From positions 1 to 15,400 of IMG/VR virus record IMGVR_UViG_2718217714_000003: a DNA stretch of 15,400 nt; one strand, 5' to 3'. The notes under the pieces are model-generated. The model had not been told where the DNA came from. It saw nothing but the letters and a program-made list of their open reading frames with translations, and made no database searches. This stretch comes from a virus. Lineage: Duplodnaviria > Heunggongvirae > Uroviricota > Caudoviricetes. Each line of letters starts with the position of its first letter. The first letter of the stretch is position 1. Shown piece after piece: positions 9,022-15,400 of this stretch. Both the position numbers and the translations under genes were made by a program.

Positions 9022-11004
9022 TTAAGCTGGTTTGCTTATACTTTCTTCGCCAGTGCGTAATCCATCAAATGCCTCATCATTGTCTGCTGATTTGTGAGTT
9101 ATGGCTTTCTTTTTATCTGTAGGTATTTCTCTCACATCAGGATTGAGACTTTGAGTCTCATCCTCAGCAGGAACAACCTCTGGTAACTCCGTTTCTTCTT
9201 CGAATGAAACGTTATAACCACGCTCTATAGCTACTAGCTTGACCTTTTCATAAAACTCTGTAGAAATCAAGTCAAAAATCGGCATTGATTGCGTCAATAT
9301 TGTAACTATCTCAGTTTCATCTAATGCTGATAGCACTTCTTCAGCAATGTCCCATTTTTCTAAAAGTATAGCAGCCCCCAGAGCAAGCCAAGCTTCGTTT
9401 TTATCTATCACTTCATTCAGCACTTCCTCAAGCTCTTGTTGCTGTTTTGCTGAAAGCGGCTGCTTTTGTAATTTGTTGCAAAGAACTCTATTTATAAGCA
9501 ATAACTGCTTATGTTTAGACGGTATTGTTCGGGATTCAAGTATGTCCATAAGGCTATTCGCAATTTTGAATTTTTTAGCATCCATTAAGTCCACTAATCC
9601 ATTTACAAGCTTGCCAACTTCACCATCATTCATTTTGTTATAACTTGTTATTCTTTCTATTGACTTTTGTATTTCAGAATCATTATCCAAATGAATATAG
9701 GAACGAAGTATTAATACTTCTGTTTCGAGAGATTTCCCATTAGCCAGATGTTTAGTAGCATATTCTACACATTCATTATACTCTCCAGCACGAAATGCAG
9801 AGTTTGCAATCAAATAATTGGGGGTATTATAAAAATGAATCCCCTCAGGAGAACCAGCAAATTTAGTTTCCTTTAACATTATTTCTAAAGATTTAGTGAT
9901 CGAATTATCATCTAACGATGAGTCTTTCTCTGAAAGAAGTACTTTTATTTTTTTTACAAACTGGCTTACTGTATTCACTCTCCTGACATGATCAGCAAGA
10001 TTATTCATATCTCTTTTAATAATCTCATGCTGGACATCTGCGTCATCTTCTTCAGCTATAGAGAAATATCTATCTAGTTTATTAGATAATGCAGAGTATG
10101 GCTCTACTACCTCTTGCTGCAAATTACAGCCTAATGCGTAATGTAATTCAGCCATGAACTCATCAAATCCATTAATTTTAATAAGATGAAAATGAGGAAA
10201 GCGGGCCAGATTTTTAAGTTGCTCAGAAAGTTTTTCAGTGTCTGAGTCACGGATACACCAATAAATCCCATGAGGAAAACAACTACCGGAATGCAATAAC
10301 GTATTGAGAGTATCCATAATTGAACGGTCGTGTCCCGAGTACCCAATAACGATCATGCCAAATTCAGTTGCAAACTGTCTAAATTTGGCCCTCATGTTAT
10401 CTTCAAGTGACTCAAGCTCCCTTATAGTATTCTTGATATTGTCAAATAAAAAATCACCATGTAATTTTATTATTTTTGGCCGAGCTGTGGTTAAACGTAT
10501 GCTGTTGATACTTGAATCGTGGGCACACACTATTGGTCTCAGATTATTAGAAAAGGTAAAGCAAGCTTCATTGACTAAATCATCGAAGTTAGTCGTAAAA
10601 ATTGTATTAAAATGGCCTTTATCCAATAGATTTGTGAGATAAACGTATCCCCAAGATGGTTTAGCTGCGGTAATACAACTTTCAATAAATTCTCTTCTTT
10701 GAGTTGGTTGATCATATAATGCTTCAAAAAGCTCTGAATACTCATTATCTTTATCGTACCAAACTTGTTTTTTGAGAGCATCTTCTCCATACATTAGAGT
10801 GTAAGCATCTCTCCAGCGCCTTATCATCCCACCAGCACTATCAACACCACTTGAGATACTAGCACCTGCACCAAGAAAAAGAGTAAAATTTGGATGATGT
10901 TGTTTGGTTGAAGTCAGGATGTTAATTAGGTGCTGCTGTGGTCTAATTTTCATATATATACCGAGACATTCCATGAAAGTTATCATCGGTTCCATATGAT
11001 ACAC
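9022..11004 (-). CDS. SIR2-family (sirtuin-like NAD+-binding) protein, 660 aa: N-terminal SIR2 domain, C-terminal alpha-helical domain, acidic tail; candidate anti-phage NADase effector
   Basis: Motifs FLGAGASISSG (Rossmann GAGxS loop), IFTTNFDDL (sirtuin TQNID-like Asn), IIKLHGDF (catalytic His), VIGYSGHD (GTS-like); noticeably lower GC than flanking O/P/nin genes; the ORF-track start is GTG at 11004, in-frame ATGs lie 3, 6 and 10 codons downstream. Confidence 0.85.
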   Translation of the reverse strand: MYHMEPMITFMECLGIYMKIRPQQHLINILTSTKQHHPNFTLFLGAGASISSGVDSAGGMIRRWRDAYTLMYGEDALKKQVWYDKDNEYSELFEALYDQPTQRREFIESCITAAKPSWGYVYLTNLLDKGHFNTIFTTNFDDLVNEACFTFSNNLRPIVCAHDSSINSIRLTTARPKIIKLHGDFLFDNIKNTIRELESLEDNMRAKFRQFATEFGMIVIGYSGHDRSIMDTLNTLLHSGSCFPHGIYWCIRDSDTEKLSEQLKNLARFPHFHLIKINGFDEFMAELHYALGCNLQQEVVEPYSALSNKLDRYFSIAEEDDADVQHEIIKRDMNNLADHVRRVNTVSQFVKKIKVLLSEKDSSLDDNSITKSLEIMLKETKFAGSPEGIHFYNTPNYLIANSAFRAGEYNECVEYATKHLANGKSLETEVLILRSYIHLDNDSEIQKSIERITSYNKMNDGEVGKLVNGLVDLMDAKKFKIANSLMDILESRTIPSKHKQLLLINRVLCNKLQKQPLSAKQQQELEEVLNEVIDKNEAWLALGAAILLEKWDIAEEVLSALDETEIVTILTQSMPIFDLISTEFYEKVKLVAIERGYNVSFEEETELPEVVPAEDETQSLNPDVREIPTDKKKAITHKSADNDEAFDGLRTGEESISKPA

Positions 11005-11058
11005 GATATCCAGTTGGTTCGATCATTTTCGCAACAATAAAATGATGCATTCCACTAT

Positions 11059-11089
11059 CTTATACTCCCTATGTTACCCCTAATGTTAA
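11059..11089 (-). promoter_or_regulatory. Candidate sigma70 promoter for the SIR2 cassette
   Basis: Minus strand TTAACA - 19 bp - TATAAG in the 108-bp P/SIR2 intergenic region; spacer longer than optimal. Confidence 0.2.
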
Positions 11090-11112
11090 CGAGAACTTAA
11101 CACAGTTGTCTT

Positions 11113-11814
11113 TCATGCTCTTGCTCCTTTCAGTCCGAACTTAGCTTTGATTTCTGCGATCTTCGCCAGAGCCTGTGCACGATTTAAAGGTCTACCGCCC
11201 ATGACAGGAAGTTGTTTTACTGGTTCAGGTATCGTCTCACCACGGTTAATTCGCGCTGTCATACAGGTCAGTTCATCGGCAGCCTTGCGCCGTAATTCCG
11301 CGTCAGTCAGCGCATTGGCCCGCATGTTCTGGTACAAGTTGGTAACCAACCAGTAGTGCGCGTTTGATTTCCATGGATAAGACTCTGCGTCCGGATACAG
11401 GCCACGCTTCCGGCAATACTCGTAAACCATATCAACCAGCTCGCTGGCGTTTGGCAGCCCGGCGGTAACGGATGTTTCTTCCCGGCACCAGGCAACAAAC
11501 TGCCCGGGTGATGGCAGGAATGGTCGATTCTGCCGACGGGCTACGCGCATTCCTGCGTTAACCTGTTCCATTGTGGTGATCCCGTTTTCCCGGAAAGCCA
11601 GCACCCACTGGCGGCGGATTTCGTTCAGTTCGTTCTGGTCCCGGTTAGCCAGGCTCGCCGGGAAAGTTGCCAGTAACTGGCTGAACACACCATTGATGAT
11701 CTGCGCTACCAGCTGTACCTGCGGCTTTTCGTCGTACTGTTCCGGCATGTTATTGGCGATCCGACGCATCTGCTCACGATCAAAGTTAACCATCTGTGCG
11801 GCGATGTTTTTCAT
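11113..11814 (-). CDS. P: Replication protein P (DnaB helicase loader), lambda type, 233 aa
   Basis: MKNIAAQMVNFDREQMRRIANNMPEQYDEKPQV... recalled as near-identical to lambda P; ATG overlaps the O stop (ATGA). Confidence 0.95.
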   Translation of the reverse strand: MKNIAAQMVNFDREQMRRIANNMPEQYDEKPQVQLVAQIINGVFSQLLATFPASLANRDQNELNEIRRQWVLAFRENGITTMEQVNAGMRVARRQNRPFLPSPGQFVAWCREETSVTAGLPNASELVDMVYEYCRKRGLYPDAESYPWKSNAHYWLVTNLYQNMRANALTDAELRRKAADELTCMTARINRGETIPEPVKQLPVMGGRPLNRAQALAKIAEIKAKFGLKGARA

Positions 11815-12740
11815 AAATCCACCCCATAAATCCAGTCAGTGTTTGTCAGGTCGAGTTTTGATTTTCCGGCTGTCACGCCTGCCTGTTGCTTGTTACGGTT
11901 GATTTCGAGTTGGGTCCACTTGTCGCGGAGTTTGGCCGGACTTAGCACGTTACCGGACCAGAAGTTGTCCTGGCATGCCCAGCGGAACAGCACGCACATG
12001 TCGCGGTGGTTACGTCCGTCACGTTCACGCATCAGGCGGATATCGTTAGCCCACCCTGCAAAATTCGGTTTTCTGGCTGATGGCGCGATGGTCTTCACCA
12101 TGTCAAACATCCACTCTGCGGCGGTCAGGTCTTCTGCTGTCCCCCACTTGCTGCCGCTCTGAATTGCAGCATCCGGTTTCACCACAGGAAGATCGTTTTC
12201 TGGTTGGTCAGAGGATTCGCCAGAATTCTCGGACGAAAAAGGTTTTATATTGTCTTTTGTTAGTTTGTCTTTTGTGTTTACCTGATTCGGGTAAACGCCT
12301 TTACCTGATTTGGGTAAACTTTTTTTACCTGATTCAGGTAAATTTACCTCTTTCAGGTAAACTTTATTTTTCTTACCTGATTCGGGTAATGTTGACCATT
12401 CACTGACCACATTATTAATGCCGGTATTCCGCCCGCTCTGAATAAAAATCCCACGCTTTACCAGAACACTTTTTGCAGCAGAACACTTGTGCGGCAATAT
12501 CCCGGTTAATTCGGAAAGTTGCTCGTTGCTAACCCAATCCAGTTTTTTATTAAAGCCATATGTTTTGCGCATGACAGCCAGAAAGACCAGAAGCTGGTGC
12601 TGTGTTAATCCGGCCAGCATCACAGCTTCCAGCAACTCATTTGCAATGCGCGTATAACCATCATCGAGATCTGCCACGCGCGGCTCCTTTTGTGCCGCAT
12701 CCGGCACTGGAAAATTGAATATCTCAGCAGTGTTTGCCAT
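11811..12740 (-). CDS. O: Replication initiator O (lambda-type C-terminal P-interaction domain, distinct N-terminal iteron-binding domain), 309 aa
   Basis: Start taken at MANTAEIFNF (ATG 12740), parallel to lambda MTNTAKILNF; C-terminal half (PNQVNTKDKLTKDNIKPFSSENSGESSDQPEND...TNTDWIYGVDL) lambda-like; iterons lie inside the coding region. Confidence 0.9.
   Translation of the reverse strand: MANTAEIFNFPVPDAAQKEPRVADLDDGYTRIANELLEAVMLAGLTQHQLLVFLAVMRKTYGFNKKLDWVSNEQLSELTGILPHKCSAAKSVLVKRGIFIQSGRNTGINNVVSEWSTLPESGKKNKVYLKEVNLPESGKKSLPKSGKGVYPNQVNTKDKLTKDNIKPFSSENSGESSDQPENDLPVVKPDAAIQSGSKWGTAEDLTAAEWMFDMVKTIAPSARKPNFAGWANDIRLMRERDGRNHRDMCVLFRWACQDNFWSGNVLSPAKLRDKWTQLEINRNKQQAGVTAGKSKLDLTNTDWIYGVDL
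12278..12391. repeat. Replication origin iterons: five ~19-bp dyad-symmetric repeats (TTACCTGATTCGGGTAAAC and variants) with adjacent AT-rich region at 12225-12277
   Basis: Repeat units read directly at 12278-12296, 12301-12319, 12326-12344, 12345-12363 and 12374-12391; each is an internal palindrome TTTACC-N7-GGTAAA; location inside O mirrors ori-lambda. Confidence 0.8.
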
Positions 12741-12826
12741 AATTCCTCCCGCAATGAGTGTGTTACGATTTGCACCTGAAAGTCGGTTCTGTTCCAGCAG
12801 ACCGGCTTTCGCCATTTCTGAACCTG

Positions 12827-13366
12827 TCATATCGCCCCCAGCATGGTAGTAACCATCGCCATCAATGGACCAGCCAGATCTGGGTCCACACGAAACATCG
12901 ACACAATACCTTCACTAATTTCCTTCAGTTTCTGGTGGCGTGGTGCGTTGAGAATGACAGCCTGTTTTGCCTCACTGAGTTCCTTTTCCATTTCAGCCAA
13001 CCTAGCCATGAAGCTATCCTGCTCAACCAGGTAACCGCGATATTCCAGCGGTAGTACCGCCAGAATTGCCGGGGTCAGTTCACGCACGTTATTTCGGTAT
13101 TTTTCAGAATCGAATTTGTTATCGAGGAAGCGGAACAGCTTCTGGCGTGCACGGCTGACATCATCAGGGAAATCGATGGTGCCGCCGCCCTGCTCCCGAT
13201 ACTCATTCACAATGAGTGTGGCAACGACATCCTGATTATCTACAGCCGACCAGGCGCGGACGGCATCACGGATTTTTTCGTGGCCTGGCACCTGTTTTGT
13301 TTGAGAACGATTTATCACCGCAGTCGGGCTAAATCCGCTAGTCTGTTGGTATGTAAGTGGTTGCAT
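12827..13366 (-). CDS. YdaT-like protein in the cII position (179 aa)
   Basis: Segments VNEYREQGGGTIDFP and LTPAILAVLPLEYRGYL resemble Rac YdaT as recalled; AAGGAG SD 8 nt upstream of the ATG at 13366; sits between the cro-like gene and O. Confidence 0.7.
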   Translation of the reverse strand: MQPLTYQQTSGFSPTAVINRSQTKQVPGHEKIRDAVRAWSAVDNQDVVATLIVNEYREQGGGTIDFPDDVSRARQKLFRFLDNKFDSEKYRNNVRELTPAILAVLPLEYRGYLVEQDSFMARLAEMEKELSEAKQAVILNAPRHQKLKEISEGIVSMFRVDPDLAGPLMAMVTTMLGAI

Positions 13367-13435
13367 AATTGACTCCTTTAGTTTGAATTGACTGTTAAGT
13401 TGATTGCTTATTGTTAAAGAGCGTGAAATGGAAAT

Positions 13436-13666
13436 TTAAGCTGCGTTCTTTTCGGTGTGTGGAAACAACTTCGGAAGATCCGGGCGAATCTGGTATGCCT
13501 TCACTACTCCACCAGTAGCCGTAACAATGCTGCCGACATGTTCAGGGGATACCTTTGCTTTGTTGTGAAGCCACTTATAGACGGCCTGCTGTGAAACTTC
13601 GCAAGCAGCGCCCAGTTTCTTTTGTGAACCAACGATATTGATCGCTGTTTTGATAGCTGGGTTCAT
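13436..13666 (-). CDS. Cro-like HTH regulator (YdaS-like), 76 aa
   Basis: HTH-like segment GSQKKLGAACEVSQQAVYKWL; GGAGG SD 5 nt upstream of the ATG at 13666; divergent from the repressor gene across an operator-bearing intergenic region. Confidence 0.75.
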   Translation of the reverse strand: MNPAIKTAINIVGSQKKLGAACEVSQQAVYKWLHNKAKVSPEHVGSIVTATGGVVKAYQIRPDLPKLFPHTEKNAA

Positions 13667-13693
13667 AACAACCTCCGTGGTTAATTTGAATCA

Positions 13694-13729
13694 AGATTAA
13701 AACTATGGTTGTTTTTAGTCAACAACCAT
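13694..13729 (-). promoter_or_regulatory. Candidate OR/PR: 25-bp perfect inverted repeat ATGGTTGTT-N7-AACAACCAT overlapping a minus-strand -35 TTGACT with a TAATCT -10
   Basis: Palindrome read at 13705-13729; on the minus strand TTGACT (13722-13717) - 17 bp - TAATCT (13699-13694), about 25 nt upstream of the cro-like SD. Confidence 0.5.
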
Positions 13730-13770
13730 TTTCGTTTGATGGAATAAAACCTTGGTTGTACATTTGGACT

Positions 13771-14460
13771 ATGAAAACAACACTCTCAGAAAGACTTAAA
13801 GAAGCCAGATTAGCGCGAGGCCTTACACAAAAGGCGCTTGGGGATTTGGTCGGGGTTAGCCAGGCTGCTATTCAGAAAATCGAAACAGGGAAAGCTAATC
13901 AAACAACTAAAATCGTGGAGATCGCGAACGCTTTGGGTGTGCGCGCAGAATGGTTATCTTCTGGCGTTGGAAATATGTCAGACAGTACAGTGCAACCAAT
14001 ACAATCAACTGTCAGCCATTCCAAATACTTCAAGATTGACGTTCTTGATATAGAAGTCAGTGCTGGGCCGGGAGTCATCAACCGTGAGTTTGTAGAAGTT
14101 CTACGCTCGGTTGAGTACTCGTTTGACGATGCTCGTCACATGTTCGATGGTAGGAAGGCGGAAAATATCCGCATCATTAACGTGCGTGGTGACAGCATGT
14201 CAGGAACGATCGAACCAGGTGATCTGCTGTTCGTTGATATCACAGTTAAATCTTTCGACGGTGATGGTATCTATGCGTTTCTGTACGACGACACAGCCCA
14301 TGTAAAGCGCCTGCAAATGATGAAGGATAAGCTGCTGGTCATCTCTGATAACAAAAGCTACTCACCGTGGGACCCGATCGAGAAAGACGAGATGAACCGG
14401 GTGTTCATCTTCGGTAAGGTTATTGGGAGCATGCCGCAGACATATAGGAAGCATGGGTAG
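13771..14460 (+). CDS. CI-type prophage repressor: N-terminal HTH-XRE domain plus C-terminal S24 (LexA-like) autopeptidase domain, 229 aa
   Basis: HTH LTQKALGDLVGVSQAAIQKIETGK; Ala-Gly cleavage-site context (EVSAGPG); catalytic Ser in VRGDSMSG and Lys in AHVKRL; start taken at MKTTLSERL (ATG 13771) rather than the upstream ATG at 13705 inside the operator palindrome. Confidence 0.85.
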   Translation: MKTTLSERLKEARLARGLTQKALGDLVGVSQAAIQKIETGKANQTTKIVEIANALGVRAEWLSSGVGNMSDSTVQPIQSTVSHSKYFKIDVLDIEVSAGPGVINREFVEVLRSVEYSFDDARHMFDGRKAENIRIINVRGDSMSGTIEPGDLLFVDITVKSFDGDGIYAFLYDDTAHVKRLQMMKDKLLVISDNKSYSPWDPIEKDEMNRVFIFGKVIGSMPQTYRKHG

Positions 14461-14582
14461 TACCAATTAAAAATTATCAACTGGGCATTGTGCTCATTCA
14501 GTAAAGAACTAATTCCTATCTTTGCTCTAGGTAATAATATTAAACCACCGCAATAATATCTTTACCTAACGGCGTAAGAATC

Positions 14583-14609
14583 CCGGTCACCGTGCCGGGT
14601 TTTCTTTTG
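14583..14609 (+). terminator. Rho-independent terminator downstream of the repressor gene
   Basis: CCCGG-TCACCGTG-CCGGG hairpin followed by TTTTCTTTT. Confidence 0.55.
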
Positions 14610-14735
14610 CCCTCCCCTCATCACACACACCGTTAAAAAAACCACCATAACCTCGCTTCAGTTATCGCTATGCGATTCAAGTCACAAAATAAATCCATCC
14701 TAAATACAACCAGTTATATCTAAAACAACCAATAA

Positions 14736-14778
14736 AACAACTTTTGTTGTTGACGATAAAACAACTATAGTTTTAAAT
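14736..14778 (+). promoter_or_regulatory. Candidate OL/PL: palindrome AACAAC-TTTT-GTTGTT overlapping -35 TTGACG, with TTAAAT -10 after a 17-bp spacer; further AACAAC motifs nearby
   Basis: Palindrome at 14736-14751; TTGACG at 14750-14755; TTAAAT at 14773-14778; same hexamer half-site as the cro/cI intergenic palindrome. Confidence 0.35.
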
Positions 14779-15210
14779 AAGTTCATCGCAACAACACAAC
14801 GATACGGCAACTACCTGATTCACCGTTGCGATGACCGCTTAGATCCGCAGTTTGAATTTCAGCAGGCTTCGGGGAGTGCGAGGGGTGAAACGGACGCGTG
14901 AACGTCGGTGTGACCAGCTGAAATTAACTCAACATTTCATACCTTAGTCGCTTCAACGAGGCGGCTTAGTTATGACAACCGGCGGCCATCCACCGCCTGA
15001 ATACGCGCAGAAGTCTCTATATGTTCAGCAGCCCAGCTTACGGGCAGGAGTTTTTATGGTTCATCAACATTATGGAACGCAGACCGTTAATCGAGGTGCG
15101 GTCATGCCAGGAATGCTGGTCAAACACAAAGATGGTACCTGGACTGCATCAGCTAATTTACGCGGACGGCTTTATCTGCATCGCGGCATCGAGCGCACTT
15201 ATACCCGTGA

Positions 15211-15400
15211 TTTGCTCGTGGAAGTTTTTCTCGACGGACGCGGTACTCCGTTACGAAGCGAGGCTGGGTATTTCCCGGCCTTTCTGTTATCCGAAAGATG
15301 CGCATCGACAGCAAGACATCATGGCTATCAGCTTGTCGTCGTGCAGGAATTGAAGATTTCCGTTTCCATGACCTCAGACACACCTGGGCAAGCTGGCTGA
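15211..15400 (+). pseudogene. int: Tyrosine integrase, C-terminal catalytic fragment (box II region), 5'-truncated, running off the window end
   Basis: Frame opening after the TGA at 15208-15210 translates ...[45 protein letters not shown], resembling the DLP12 IntD C-terminal region as recalled; the same frame has stops at 15154 and 15088 and no upstream frame shows integrase-like sequence. Confidence 0.6.

Larger units (their letters stand above)
1..15400. mobile_element. Defective lambdoid prophage segment (mosaic: lambda-like O/P/I/J/stf/tfa, DLP12/phage-21-like nin-Q-nmpC-holin, pin invertase), extends beyond both window ends
   Basis: Every recognisable gene is phage-derived and gene order follows the lambdoid map (int..cI/cro..O-P..nin..Q..lysis..tail..stf-tfa) with large internal deletions. 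Confidence 0.85.

Noticed and set aside
9347-10790. ORFs nested in the SIR2 gene (9347..9643 +, 10304..10642 +, 10131..10346 -, 10575..10790 -)
   Set aside because: They overlap the long SIR2 frame, are out of frame or antisense, and give low-complexity Ser/Leu/Ile-rich products typical of AT-rich spurious ORFs.
12278-12391. Possibility that the regularly spaced 19-bp repeats are a small CRISPR array
   Set aside because: The repeats are contiguous without unique spacers, are internally palindromic, lie inside the O coding frame and sit next to an AT-rich tract, which is the signature of lambdoid origin iterons.
11147-12406. ORFs overlapping P and O on both strands (11147..11356 +, 11307..11498 -, 11573..11902 +, 11839..12162 +, 12080..12406 +)
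   Set aside because: They overlap genes that match lambda P and O closely as recalled; products lack motifs; treated as spurious.
12741-12830. N-terminal extension of O to 12830 (MTGSEMAKAG...) and of cI to 13705 (MVVFSQQPF...)
   Set aside because: The lambda-parallel start MANTAEIFNF and the canonical HTH start MKTTLSERL are better supported. The upstream cI start codon lies inside the operator palindrome, and the O extension would overlap the YdaT-like gene.
14972-15400. 142-aa and 110-aa plus-strand ORFs (14972..15400, 15021..15353) and the 76-aa minus ORF 15153..15383
   Set aside because: None shows recognisable motifs; the integrase box II motif sits in the third plus-strand frame, which is not in the ORF track because it has no stop inside the window. 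These ORFs are most likely overlapping-frame artefacts of the integrase remnant and its decayed 5' region.

Overview
The whole 15.4 kb window reads as a defective (cryptic) lambdoid prophage: a mosaic of lambda-like and DLP12/phage-21-like modules with several large deletions. All protein identifications are from motif recognition and recalled reference sequences; no search or alignment was run. On the minus strand, from high to low coordinates, the phage 'rightward' operon runs: cro-like HTH gene, YdaT-like cII-position gene, lambda-type O (with 5 internal palindromic iterons and AT-rich origin) and P, then a low-GC cargo cassette encoding a 660-aa SIR2-family protein, then the nin region (ylcH-like, ybcN, ninE, ybcO, rusA, ylcG-like) and an 82/DLP12-type Q antiterminator (quuD). 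The late region is collapsed: an apparently intact nmpC porin gene sits on the opposite strand after Q, followed by a scar where the 5' end of a phage-21-type pinholin gene is fused in frame to the last 55 codons of tail gene I. Then come a J gene truncated at about codon 578 and joined out of frame to the 3' part of the side tail fibre gene stf, an intact tfa, and a convergent pinR-type serine invertase. On the plus strand a CI-type repressor (HTH plus S24 autopeptidase) is flanked by AACAAC/GTTGTT palindromes overlapping candidate PR and PL -35 hexamers, and the window ends in a 5'-truncated tyrosine integrase fragment. No xis, N, endolysin, terminase or head genes are present, so the element looks unable to excise, lyse or form particles. 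The strongest candidate for an undescribed system is the standalone SIR2-domain gene (9022..11004, minus strand) with its own putative promoter, a trailing 27-aa Lys-rich ORF and a terminator, sitting in the lambda ren slot between P and the nin genes; it is a candidate NAD+-depleting anti-phage effector.
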